Source: Geobacter sp.
Lineage (GTDB): Bacteria > Desulfobacterota > Desulfuromonadia > Geobacterales > Geobacteraceae
Length of the DNA: 64,000 nt
Direction of reading: 5' to 3'
NCBI GenBank assembly: GCA_003490025.1
Contig: DNJC01000018.1
Coordinates: forward strand, 4,358 to 68,357
Under the pieces are notes generated by a model. It saw nothing but the letters and a program-made list of their open reading frames with translations. It was not told where the DNA came from and did not search any database. The translations under genes and the position numbers were made by a program. Numbering within the stretch: position 1 is the first letter of the stretch; each line of letters starts with the position of its first letter. This document shows positions 10,317 through 19,540 of the stretch, one piece after another.

Positions 10317-12225
10317 GAGAGCTGCGCTGCGCCTGCTGCTGTTGCCCTGCCTCTGCTTGCTCCTGGGGACGTCGGCATCGGTGGCCCGTCCAGCAGTGGG
10401 ACTGGCTCCGCAGGTGCCTGTCCCCCTGCTGGATCTGGCTCCGCAGGTGCCTGTCCCCCTGTCTGATGTCCCTCTGTCTGACGGCGCCGCGGCTGCTCCC
10501 CCTGCCGCCGTCGGGATCGATTCAATGGAGCCGCCAGCCATCGATCTTCTGAAAGAGGGAGGGCCCGGCCAGGAACTCGACTCCTCGACCATCGCCGCCG
10601 CCGTGCAGAAGAACGCCGGGCGCGGGAAGGTGGTGCTCGTGCTTGGCCCCGGCATCTGGAGGATCTACCGGGAACTCGAGATCCCGGCTCAGGTGACCCT
10701 CAGGCTCGAGGAGGGCGCCTCGTTCTCCCTGGAGTACGGCAGCCGGATGACCTTGGACGGGGCGCTGCAGGCCGGGGCGCGCCGGATTTTCAGCGGCAGC
10801 GGCAAGGTGATATTCCGGCAGGACCGCCAGGACGTGTACCCGCAGTGGTGGAAGCACCCGGAGGAGAGACACTACACCGCCGCCATCCGCAAGGCCCTTG
10901 CCAGCGGCGCCGGGTCGGTCTACTTCCCCAGGGGCGAGTACCAGGTGGAGATCGGCAAGGCGCCCGGCGCCGGTTCTCTGCTGCTGCAAAGCAACACGCG
11001 CCTGCACGGAGAAGGGGAGGAGTCGGTGATCCGGCTGGTGGACACTCCCCGCACCGAAGGGGTTTGGGCGGCCCACGAGATCCTCTTCGGCAAGGACCTG
11101 GCGAACGTGGAGATCTCGCGGCTCACCTTCGACGCCGGAAAGTTCTACCCCGACCCGGAAACCATCTCAAGGCTTGACCCCTCCATCAGGGGGACCCGCG
11201 GAGTGAGGCTCCTGAACGTGGACAACTGCAGGATCACGGATTGCAGTTTCCTGGGGTTCACCAACGGATCGGCCTACATCACGGGGAACAGGGTCACCAT
11301 CTCCGGCAACCTTTTCCGGCGCGCGTCGTACCGCACCCAGGTGGTCCGCCTGGACAAGTCGCGGCAGGTCACGGTGAGCGGGAACAGCTTCGAGGACATC
11401 GGCCCGCACTACTACATGGTCCTTGGCAGGCACGACGAGACCTCCAGCGTGGACGCCCTCATGGTCGGCTACGAAGTGGAAGACGCCCTGATAATCAAGA
11501 ACAGGATCGACCGGGTGGCCGCCAACGGGATAAGGGTGGAGAACTCAAGGCACGTCCGGGTGACCGGAAACACCATCAGCAACGTAGGCGAGGACGGCAT
11601 CATCTTTTACCGCAAGACCACGGACTGCGAATGCAGTGACAACGTCATCGGCAACTGGGGCAAGCTCAATAACTTCGCCTTCGTCAGAACGCAGAAAGGG
11701 AAGATCTACAACCCGAGGGAATACCACTACCCCCTTCCCAAGTACCCGCAGTTGCCGGAGCTCTTGCAGGACGCGCCGACCTGGGAGGAAAACCGCTATC
11801 ACCTGCAGGGACGGGACCCGTCGACCATACCCGAGTACGATCCGTCGGACTACCGGCATATCCTCGCCTTCCGGGGGTTCTCCGGGATAGCGGTCACCGA
11901 GATCTCCGAGCGGATCAAGATCACCGGCAACAGGATCACCGGCAACAGGTCCAAAACCGGCGGCCTTTACAACTACGCCTCGAACTACGGCATAAACATC
12001 GGGGTGGCCAGCATCAACCCGCCGACCACCAGCGGAGAGTGCGTCGTCTCGCACAACACGATCTCGGAGTGCATAGATTACGACATCTATTCGCCGCAAT
12101 ACGTCGATTTCCACAGCAAGAGAAACGTCCAGAAGCCGAGCCTGGTCTTCGGGAACAGATGCGATCCCGCAAAGACACTGGTGTTCGGGAACAAGGCCAA
12201 GGCCGCACCGGGTAAGCGCCGGTAG
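10309..12225 (+). CDS. Secreted right-handed parallel beta-helix protein (pectate lyase-like)
   Basis: Signal peptide, 'AIRKAL..GAGSVYFPRGEY', and repeated 'VTISGN/ITGN' beta-helix rungs. Confidence 0.8.
   Translation: MLRRAALRLLLLPCLCLLLGTSASVARPAVGLAPQVPVPLLDLAPQVPVPLSDVPLSDGAAAAPPAAVGIDSMEPPAIDLLKEGGPGQELDSSTIAAAVQKNAGRGKVVLVLGPGIWRIYRELEIPAQVTLRLEEGASFSLEYGSRMTLDGALQAGARRIFSGSGKVIFRQDRQDVYPQWWKHPEERHYTAAIRKALASGAGSVYFPRGEYQVEIGKAPGAGSLLLQSNTRLHGEGEESVIRLVDTPRTEGVWAAHEILFGKDLANVEISRLTFDAGKFYPDPETISRLDPSIRGTRGVRLLNVDNCRITDCSFLGFTNGSAYITGNRVTISGNLFRRASYRTQVVRLDKSRQVTVSGNSFEDIGPHYYMVLGRHDETSSVDALMVGYEVEDALIIKNRIDRVAANGIRVENSRHVRVTGNTISNVGEDGIIFYRKTTDCECSDNVIGNWGKLNNFAFVRTQKGKIYNPREYHYPLPKYPQLPELLQDAPTWEENRYHLQGRDPSTIPEYDPSDYRHILAFRGFSGIAVTEISERIKITGNRITGNRSKTGGLYNYASNYGINIGVASINPPTTSGECVVSHNTISECIDYDIYSPQYVDFHSKRNVQKPSLVFGNRCDPAKTLVFGNKAKAAPGKRR
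10398..10461. repeat. Tandem REP-like palindrome (33-bp period) inside a CDS
   Basis: CTGGCTCCGCAGGTGCCTGTCCCCCTG occurs at 10402 and 10435. The first copy forms the hairpin GGGACTGGC...GCCTGTCCC. Confidence 0.85.
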
Positions 12226-12277
12226 CCGCCGGCCGGCGTTCCCCCCCCTCCCGCGAGGGGATAGGGAGACAAAGAAA

Positions 12278-13207
12278 ATGCACCAACCCAAAGTCAGCAT
12301 CGTCATGCCGGTGTACAACACGCTGCCGTACCTGGAAGAGGCGATCCGTTCCATCTATGCCCAGACCTACCGCAACTGGGAACTGGTGATAGTGGACGAC
12401 GCCTCGACTGACGGTTCCTGGGAGTTCGTCAGCAGGATCCGGGACGAAAGGGTGCGGGTGTGGCGCAACGAGCGCAACATGAGGAATTCGTTCACCCTGA
12501 ACCGGGCCATCTCCCTCGCCGGCGGCGAGTATATCGCCAAGATGGACGCCGACGACGTCAGCTTCCCTGAGCGGATCGAGAGGCAGATCGATTTTCTCCT
12601 GCGAAACCCGGAGGTCGACGCGGTCGGCTGCGGCCTGTACCGGGTGGACAAGGAGCTGAACCTCATCACGGTAAACAGGCCCCCCGCCTCGCACCGGGAG
12701 ATCGTCCGGTTCATAGCCCTCGGCAGGAAGTTCATCTTCGGACCGTCCTTTCCCATCACCGACGGCTGCCTGGTGGCGAAGAGGGAATGGTTCGAGCGCT
12801 GGAAATACGATCCCGGCATCCCGTACGCGCAGGATTTCGACCAGAACCTCAGGTCACATTACACCAGCGTGTTCGCCAACATCTCCGATCCGCTGTACCT
12901 ATACCGGCGGGTCGGCGTGACCTCGTCGTGGCTAAGCCAGACCAAGGCGGTGCGCTACAAGCTGACCAGCCTTCTGAGGCACGGTTTCAAGAAGAGCAAC
13001 CTGGGGCTCTCCGTGCTGGCCTTGGTTTCCCTGGCCCTGCGACCCCTCTTCGCCTACCTGACCTCGCTGTACGTGATTATGGTGGGGAGAAAGGCGGGGT
13101 TGCGCACGGCTGGGGGAGGGCGCTCTCCCGGCAAGGAAGAGAGGAGCATGATGCAGGCGATGGAAGCGGTCAGGAAGGCGACCATCCCGTTGGCCGAGGG
13201 GAGCTGA
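12278..13207 (+). CDS. Glycosyltransferase family 2
   Basis: 'VSIVMPVYN', 'VDDASTD', 'MDADD' motifs. Confidence 0.9.
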   Translation: MHQPKVSIVMPVYNTLPYLEEAIRSIYAQTYRNWELVIVDDASTDGSWEFVSRIRDERVRVWRNERNMRNSFTLNRAISLAGGEYIAKMDADDVSFPERIERQIDFLLRNPEVDAVGCGLYRVDKELNLITVNRPPASHREIVRFIALGRKFIFGPSFPITDGCLVAKREWFERWKYDPGIPYAQDFDQNLRSHYTSVFANISDPLYLYRRVGVTSSWLSQTKAVRYKLTSLLRHGFKKSNLGLSVLALVSLALRPLFAYLTSLYVIMVGRKAGLRTAGGGRSPGKEERSMMQAMEAVRKATIPLAEGS

Positions 13208-13210
13208 GCC

Positions 13211-14020
13211 ATGCGAACCTCCCTGAAAAGCGGCGCGCTCCGGCTCGCCGCGTCCGCGCTGCACAAGGTGGGGGCTTTCGATGCCAGGCGGCTGCGGATA
13301 CTGACGTTCCATAGCGTGCAGGACCATCCCAAGGGGAAGTGGCATACCCCCGTCGCCGTCTTCGAGAGCCAGATGCGTTACCTGCGCGATGCCGGCTATC
13401 GCAGCTACACGGTGAGGGAGATAGCCGGGGAGTGGCCGGAACCGGCGCTGCGCAGGGAAAAGGGGGTGGCGCTGACCTTCGACGACGGGCTCCTCAACAA
13501 CTTCACCGTCGTCTGCGACATCCTGGCAAGGTACGGCCTGAGCGCAACCTTCTTCATCTCCACGGAAAACGTCGGGGTCATGCGGAACCCGCCGGTAAGC
13601 AGGGGGCTGGAATACTTCCGCCGCACTCCGATGCTCAATTGGGACGACGTGCGGGAACTGCACAAAAGAGGCTTCGAGATCGGTTCGCACTCCCACTCGC
13701 ACGACCTGATCGCCGGCATGCCGAGGACGAAGGCGCGCGAGAACATCGCCGCATCGAAGCGCGTGCTGGAAACCGAACTGGGGGCGGAGGCGGTGAGTTT
13801 CGCCTACCCCTTCGGGCACCGGAGTGCTTTCGCTCCCTGGACCGGGAAGATCCTCGGGGAACTGGGTTTCAGGGCCGGATGCACCCAGATGGGAGGCCCC
13901 CTGTCGGAGGACCACGATCTGCTGGAACTGCCGCGGATCGGCATCAAGGGGAGCGACTCGCAGGAGGTCTTCCGGCAGAAGGTGTCGGGAAGCTACGATT
14001 TCGTGAAATGGATTTCATAG
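13211..14020 (+). CDS. Polysaccharide deacetylase
   Basis: 'LTFDDG', 'EIGSHSHSH', 'FAYPFG', 'LPRI' CE4 motifs. Confidence 0.9.
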   Translation: MRTSLKSGALRLAASALHKVGAFDARRLRILTFHSVQDHPKGKWHTPVAVFESQMRYLRDAGYRSYTVREIAGEWPEPALRREKGVALTFDDGLLNNFTVVCDILARYGLSATFFISTENVGVMRNPPVSRGLEYFRRTPMLNWDDVRELHKRGFEIGSHSHSHDLIAGMPRTKARENIAASKRVLETELGAEAVSFAYPFGHRSAFAPWTGKILGELGFRAGCTQMGGPLSEDHDLLELPRIGIKGSDSQEVFRQKVSGSYDFVKWIS

Positions 14021-14035
14021 GGTGAAGCGGTGGTT

Positions 14036-15229
14036 ATGAGAGCAAAAGGAAAAATCAAGGTCGCAATATTCGGGCACTACACCCCCATCTACCGCAAGGG
14101 GGTGCTGGAGAAGCTTTCCTTCATGGAGGATATCGAGCTGACGGTCTGTTCCACAGCGGATTTCCCCGCCGGCCTCAGGATGATAAAGCCGGAAGAGGTG
14201 AGCTTCAGCTTGCTGGATATCCGGACCCATCTGCTCAGGATTCCCTTCACGAAAAAGACCTTTTCCCTGCAGCCTGCCATGCTGTCCGCGGTCCTTGGCG
14301 GCTCGCACGACGTCTATATCCTCCCCAATACCTTGTCCTACCTCGATGTCTGGGCCTGTCTGGCCGCCTCCCGTCTTCTGGGCAGAAAAGTCTGCCTCTG
14401 GGGGCACGGCAAAGGCTCCTTGAACGGGACCGTCGCCCGGTGGTTCAGAAAGCTGTTCATGAATAGCGCCGACGCCCTGGTCTTCTATTCCGATGCGGCC
14501 AAGAAGGCGTGGCAACAGTCGGGCATCCCGAAAGAGAAGATGTTCGTTGCCTACAACGCCCTGGACACGGACCAATCCGCCCGGATACGGACCGAGATAT
14601 CGGGCGATGATACCGCCGCGTTCACCGCTTCGCTCGGGCTGCAAGGCAAAAAGATCATCGTCTTCACCGGGCGCCTGCTGGAGCGAAAGCGCCCGGACCT
14701 GATCGTCGAGGCCATGGCCCTGGTCGTCGGGAAAGTCCCGGAAGCGCACGCCATACTCATCGGTGCGGGTCCCATGAGAGAGACCATCGAAATGCGCGTC
14801 AGGGAACTGGCCCTGGAAACCCATGTCACGATGGCCGGTGCGATTTTCGAAGAGAGAAGCATCGCGCATTACCTCTTGGCCGCCAAAATCGCGGTGATAC
14901 CTTCCCACGCCGGACTTTTCATCCAGCATGCCTTCGCTTACGGCCTGCCTATCGTCGTGGGCGATAACCTGCGGCTGCACCCGCCGGAGATCGAGCTCGT
15001 GCAGGAAGGGGAGACCGGCCTCTTTTTCCGGGACGCGGACGCGGCGCATCTCGCGGAGCGCTTGCTGGAACTCTTCGCGAACGAGGAAAAGCGCCAGGAG
15101 ATGTCCGTCAAGGCCAGGAAGACCATCGAGAACAAGTACAACGTGGACAGCATGGCGCGAGGGCTGTCGCAGGCGATACGCTACAGCTTCGCCAAGGGCC
15201 GGACCCGAATAATCAAACCTGATTGGTAG
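14036..15229 (+). CDS. Glycosyltransferase family 4
   Basis: 'LWGHG', 'FTGRL..RKRP', 'HAFAYGLPIV', 'GETGL'. Confidence 0.85.
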   Translation: MRAKGKIKVAIFGHYTPIYRKGVLEKLSFMEDIELTVCSTADFPAGLRMIKPEEVSFSLLDIRTHLLRIPFTKKTFSLQPAMLSAVLGGSHDVYILPNTLSYLDVWACLAASRLLGRKVCLWGHGKGSLNGTVARWFRKLFMNSADALVFYSDAAKKAWQQSGIPKEKMFVAYNALDTDQSARIRTEISGDDTAAFTASLGLQGKKIIVFTGRLLERKRPDLIVEAMALVVGKVPEAHAILIGAGPMRETIEMRVRELALETHVTMAGAIFEERSIAHYLLAAKIAVIPSHAGLFIQHAFAYGLPIVVGDNLRLHPPEIELVQEGETGLFFRDADAAHLAERLLELFANEEKRQEMSVKARKTIENKYNVDSMARGLSQAIRYSFAKGRTRIIKPDW

Positions 15230-15283
15230 GGGCGAATAACCATTCGCCCTGATTGGTTGGGGCGAATAATCATTCGCCCCTAC
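15226..15283. repeat. GTAG-family REP palindromes, tandem pair
   Basis: GTAGGGGCGAATAACCATTCGCCC and GGGGCGAATAATCATTCGCCCCTAC, 30-bp period. Confidence 0.85.
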
Positions 15284-15359
15284 ATCAATCTCCTCTCCGA
15301 TGGGGGAGGGACGTGTAGCGGAAGATGGTCAGCCAATCTGGTAATCAAACGAGGGTGAT

Positions 15360-17522
15360 ATGCAGCAATTGACGCAGAAATTGAAGAACGGCTCAATGCA
15401 GGTACTGGAAGTCCCCTGGCCCGCTCTGTCCGCCGGCCAGGTGCTGGTGCGAAACCACTATTCGCTGATCAGCGCCGGCACCGAGGGGAGCACGGTGAAG
15501 ACCGCCCGCGCCGGGTTCATCGCCAAGGCGAAGGAGCGTCCCCAGCAGGTGAAGCAGGTCCTTGGCACGCTCCGCTCGCAGGGGTTCACCCAGACCTACC
15601 GGGCCGTGATGAAAAAGCTGGACGCCTACTCGCCGCTTGGATACTCCAGCGCCGGCGAGGTGGTCGATGTCGCCCCGGACGTCCGCGACTTCAAGAGGGG
15701 GGACAGGGTGGCGTGCGCCGGGCTGACCGCGAGCCACGCCGAAATCGTGGCGGTACCGGCAAACCTCTGCGTGCGGCTTTCGGCAGACGCCGATCTGAGA
15801 CAGGCCGCCTACAACACCCTCGGGGTGATCGCCATGCAGGGGGTGCGTCAGGCCGACTTGAGGCTCGGGGAGAGCTGTGTCATCATCGGCATGGGCCTTC
15901 TGGGCCAGTTGACCGCACTGATCCTGCGGGCCTCGGGGGTGCGCGTTGTGGGTATCGACATCGACCGGGCCATGGTCGAGACGGCGAGGCTTCACTGCCT
16001 CGATCTCGCGCTGACCCGGGACGACCCCGGCATCGAGGGGAAGATCGCTGCCTTTTCCGGCGGCATCGGCTGCGACGCTGTCATCATAACCGCCGCAACC
16101 TCGTCCACCGACCCGATCAACTTCGCGGGGGCGATCAGCCGCAAGTGCGGGACGGTGGTCGTCGTGGGCGCCGTCCCGACCGGCTTCGACCGCGAACCCC
16201 ATTACTACAGGAAGGAACTGCAGCTGAAGATGTCCTGCTCCTACGGCCCGGGACGCTACGACCCGAACTACGAGGAGAAGGGGATCGACTACCCCGCCGC
16301 CTACGTCCGCTGGACGGAGAACCGCAACATGCAGGCGTTCCAGGAACTGCTGGCCAGAAGGAGCATCGATCTCGGTTACCTGACCACGCATTCCTTCGAC
16401 CTCGAGGAGGCGCAGGACGCCTACGACATGATGATGGCGAAGTCCGAGCCGTACATCGGCATCCTGATCAGGTACGACCTGGCCAAGGAGCTTCCCCCCT
16501 CGCGCCCCCCCATGCCGCTGCGCACCCTTGCTCCGAGGGAGAAGGCGCCGGCCGTCGGGATCGGCTTCATCGGGGCGGGCTCCTACGCCCAGAGCCACCT
16601 GCTCCCCAATATCCCCAAGGAGCGCGGCGTCTCCCTGGTGTCCGTGGCCAACGCCACCGGGACCGGAGCGCGCTCGGTGGGAGACCGCTTCGGTTTTGCC
16701 TCCTGCAGCGGCGATTCCTTCCAGGTCCTGAGGGACCCCCGCGTCAATACCGTATTCATCGCCACCCGCCACGATTCCCACGCCGACTACGTCGTGCAGG
16801 CGCTGGAGGCCGGGCTGAACGTCTTCGTGGAAAAGCCGCTTTGCCTTACCGGGGACGAACTGAAGCGGATAGCTTCGCTGTACTGGTCGCCCAGGGAAGT
16901 GGGGAGGGAACCGCTGCTGATGGTTGGCTTCAACCGCCGCTTCTCGCCGCTCGCCCGGGAGATGAAACGGATCGTCGGCGAGGCGCCCCTCTCCGCCGTC
17001 TACCGGGTCAACGCCGGCGCCATCCCCGCCGACTCCTGGATACAGGACCCCGCCGTGGGAGGGGGAAGGGTGATCGGCGAGGTCTGCCATTTCGTGGATT
17101 TCCTGATCTTTCTCACCGGATCGCTTCCGGTTTCCGTGCACGCCGCAGCCATGGAGGCCCCCGGAAACCTGCTCGATTCCGTCACCGTCACCCTCTCCTT
17201 CGCCAACGGCTCCATCGGGACCATCTGCTATTTCTCAGACGGCGACAAGGGGTGTCCCAAGGAGCGGGTGGAGGTCTTCTCCAGCCGCACCACACTCGTT
17301 CTGGACGACTTTCGGTCGCTTACCGTCCATGCCCGCGGCAGGAAGACGGAGAAACGCCTGGGGAGCCAGGACAAGGGGCAGTCGGCCTGCGTGCGGGAGT
17401 TCGTGAACGCCGTCCTGGAGGGGAAGGGGGCGCCGGTCCCTTTCCACGAAATTCATGCCGCCACCCTGGCAACCTTCCTCATCCTCGACTCCATCCGCAC
17501 CGGCCAGAGCTGCCGCCTCTGA
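15360..17522 (+). CDS. Bi-domain oxidoreductase (Zn-type MDR dehydrogenase + Gfo/Idh/MocA)
   Basis: 'SLISAGTE', 'GMGLLG', 'SYGPGRYD.NYE', then 'GFIGAG', 'FVEKP', 'VGFNRRF'. Confidence 0.9.
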   Translation: MQQLTQKLKNGSMQVLEVPWPALSAGQVLVRNHYSLISAGTEGSTVKTARAGFIAKAKERPQQVKQVLGTLRSQGFTQTYRAVMKKLDAYSPLGYSSAGEVVDVAPDVRDFKRGDRVACAGLTASHAEIVAVPANLCVRLSADADLRQAAYNTLGVIAMQGVRQADLRLGESCVIIGMGLLGQLTALILRASGVRVVGIDIDRAMVETARLHCLDLALTRDDPGIEGKIAAFSGGIGCDAVIITAATSSTDPINFAGAISRKCGTVVVVGAVPTGFDREPHYYRKELQLKMSCSYGPGRYDPNYEEKGIDYPAAYVRWTENRNMQAFQELLARRSIDLGYLTTHSFDLEEAQDAYDMMMAKSEPYIGILIRYDLAKELPPSRPPMPLRTLAPREKAPAVGIGFIGAGSYAQSHLLPNIPKERGVSLVSVANATGTGARSVGDRFGFASCSGDSFQVLRDPRVNTVFIATRHDSHADYVVQALEAGLNVFVEKPLCLTGDELKRIASLYWSPREVGREPLLMVGFNRRFSPLAREMKRIVGEAPLSAVYRVNAGAIPADSWIQDPAVGGGRVIGEVCHFVDFLIFLTGSLPVSVHAAAMEAPGNLLDSVTVTLSFANGSIGTICYFSDGDKGCPKERVEVFSSRTTLVLDDFRSLTVHARGRKTEKRLGSQDKGQSACVREFVNAVLEGKGAPVPFHEIHAATLATFLILDSIRTGQSCRL

Positions 17523-17543
17523 CGCCCCAGCCCCCGCCCTGGC

Positions 17544-17571
17544 GTAGGGGCGAATAATTATTCGCCCCTAC
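17544..17571. repeat. GTAG-family REP, perfect 28-bp palindrome
   Basis: GTAGGGGCGAATAATTATTCGCCCCTAC equals its own reverse complement. Confidence 0.9.
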
Positions 17572-17728
17572 CCCCGACTACCAACCCGCACGATGCTGTC
17601 CTTTTTCCCTCACCGCCAAACTTTAAGACGGCTGTCGTTTCGATGTAACAATTCCCTGCTATGGTCCGATTCGACCTGCACCCACTCCTCCCATTTCTCT
17701 TTTAGCGGATAAGCCCGTGCCACCAACC

Positions 17729-19540
17729 ATGCTCAAATTCCTGATGCTGCGCCTGAAGCACGCCTCGCTTCCCGAACTCTGCTACCGCGCGCGCCAGAGG
17801 GCGCGGGGAGCGGGAATCAGGCGAATGGTTGCGAGGCGGCTCCTGCCGCTCGGCATCGCCCCTGTCTCCCCGGAGGTGCTTCTCGGTCTGGCTCTGCCGG
17901 TCTTCCGGCCGGAAGGCTCCCCCGCGGAGGTTCAGGGCATCCTGTCCGGAGAGCGCTTCACGCTCAATACGGACCGGTACACCCTGCGGCAATGGGAAGC
18001 GGAGCTTTCCGGGCGCGGCGGGGCGGGGGGCGCCGGCACTCCGGATATACGGGCGGTCTGGGAGCCGGCACGGCTGCAGCACGTAACCTTGCTGCTCGCA
18101 TACCTATCCGGCCGTGAAGAGGGTGAGAACCTCCCGGCGGTTCGCGAGTTCGCCCGCCAGGAACTGCTGGGGTGGCTCGACGCCAACCCGTTTCTGCAGG
18201 GTCCCCACTACCGTTCGGCAATGGAATGCGCCCTGCGCATCCCGGTCTTTTTCTACGCCATGAAGCTGCTGGACAACCTCTCCCCCGCCGAGTCCACCAG
18301 GGTGGGCGAGGCGGCCTATGCCCACGCCCTCTGGGTGGAGGCGAACCTCTCGCTCCACTCGTCGCGGGGCAACCACACCGTCTGCGAGGCGGCGGGGCTC
18401 GTGTTCGGAGGGGCGATGTTCCGCGATGCGGAGCGGGGGCGTCACTGGCTTGCCAGGGGGATCGCCCTGCTCGGGGAGGAACTGGTGCGGCAGGTGCTGG
18501 ACGACGGCGGCGCGCTGGAACAGTCGCTCTCCTACCACCGTTTCGTGCTGGACCTGTACTGGCTGACGGCCGATTTCCTCGAGGGTAGCGGCCTGCACGA
18601 CTGCGGCCGGTGGAGATCGAGGCTGCGCAAGGGGGAGGCATTCCTCGGCGCCTTCTCCTCCCCCGGCGGGCGCCTCCCGGCCCTGGGGGATTCGGACGAC
18701 GGTCATGCCGTGGCTCCCGGTCTCGCTCCCGCCAGGGAGGCGCTCCCCTTGCCGAAGAGCGGGTGCCGCGCCTTCCCCGCTGCCGGGTACACGGTATTCG
18801 CCGCGGCAGGGGGGATGCGGCTCACCTTCGACCACGGGCCGCTGGGGATGCCCCCCCTGAACAACCACGGCCACGCGGACGCCCTGTCGCTCACCCTTTC
18901 GCTGGCGGGAAACGACCTCCTGGTCGATCCCGGGACCTACCGTTACAACGGCGAGCCCTCCTGGCGCAGCTACTTCAAGGGAACGGCGGCCCACAACACC
19001 GTCACCATCGACGGACTGGACCAGGCGGTGCAGGAAACCGGCTTCATCTGGAGCAATCCCTACGGCTGTCGCGTGCTGCGCCGCGAAGAGGCGCCCCACG
19101 GGTACCTCGTGGAGGCTGAGCACGACGGCTACCGGCGGCTCACCGATCCCGTACTGCACCGGCGCGCCGTCGTCCTTGCGGCGCGCGACGCCCTGGTGGT
19201 GAGAGACAGCTTCACCGGGGCCGGGGAGCACCACTTCGACCTCCATTTCCACCTGCACCCTGAGGCGGCGGTAACCCGGGACGGCGAGTGCTGGCACGTG
19301 CAGAGGGGGGGGAGCCGGATCTGGCTCAGGCTTCTCGGGGAGGGCGATCTGGAGCTGCTGCACGGAGGGGAGAGTTCCCCCCTTGGGTGGTACTCGCCGG
19401 CGTACGGCAGCAAGGTCCCCTCAAAGCTTCTTCGCTGCCGTAAAAGCGGAGCCTGCCGGTCGACTTCCTTCGGGACGGCCATCGGCTGGGGCGATGCACC
19501 TGATATTTCCTGGATGGAGGCCTTGGGAGGCGCGTTATGA
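17729..19540 (+). CDS. Heparinase II/III family protein
   Basis: 'WEPARLQH', 'GNH', 'EQSLSYH', 'HGHADALS', 'DPGTY.Y', 'AHNT'. Confidence 0.85.
   Translation: MLKFLMLRLKHASLPELCYRARQRARGAGIRRMVARRLLPLGIAPVSPEVLLGLALPVFRPEGSPAEVQGILSGERFTLNTDRYTLRQWEAELSGRGGAGGAGTPDIRAVWEPARLQHVTLLLAYLSGREEGENLPAVREFARQELLGWLDANPFLQGPHYRSAMECALRIPVFFYAMKLLDNLSPAESTRVGEAAYAHALWVEANLSLHSSRGNHTVCEAAGLVFGGAMFRDAERGRHWLARGIALLGEELVRQVLDDGGALEQSLSYHRFVLDLYWLTADFLEGSGLHDCGRWRSRLRKGEAFLGAFSSPGGRLPALGDSDDGHAVAPGLAPAREALPLPKSGCRAFPAAGYTVFAAAGGMRLTFDHGPLGMPPLNNHGHADALSLTLSLAGNDLLVDPGTYRYNGEPSWRSYFKGTAAHNTVTIDGLDQAVQETGFIWSNPYGCRVLRREEAPHGYLVEAEHDGYRRLTDPVLHRRAVVLAARDALVVRDSFTGAGEHHFDLHFHLHPEAAVTRDGECWHVQRGGSRIWLRLLGEGDLELLHGGESSPLGWYSPAYGSKVPSKLLRCRKSGACRSTSFGTAIGWGDAPDISWMEALGGAL

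Noticed and set aside
10411-10461. VPVPL as a VPLPA-CTERM sorting signal
   Set aside because: It is N-terminal, not followed by a TM helix and basic tail, and is better explained by the DNA repeat.
11919-12192. Short duplications ITGNR-ITGNR and LVFGN...LVFGN
   Set aside because: Consistent with normal beta-helix repeat structure.
15207-15283. Mini CRISPR array
   Set aside because: Repeats are separated by only about 6 bp, there are no unique spacers or cas genes, and the sequence fits GTAG REPs.
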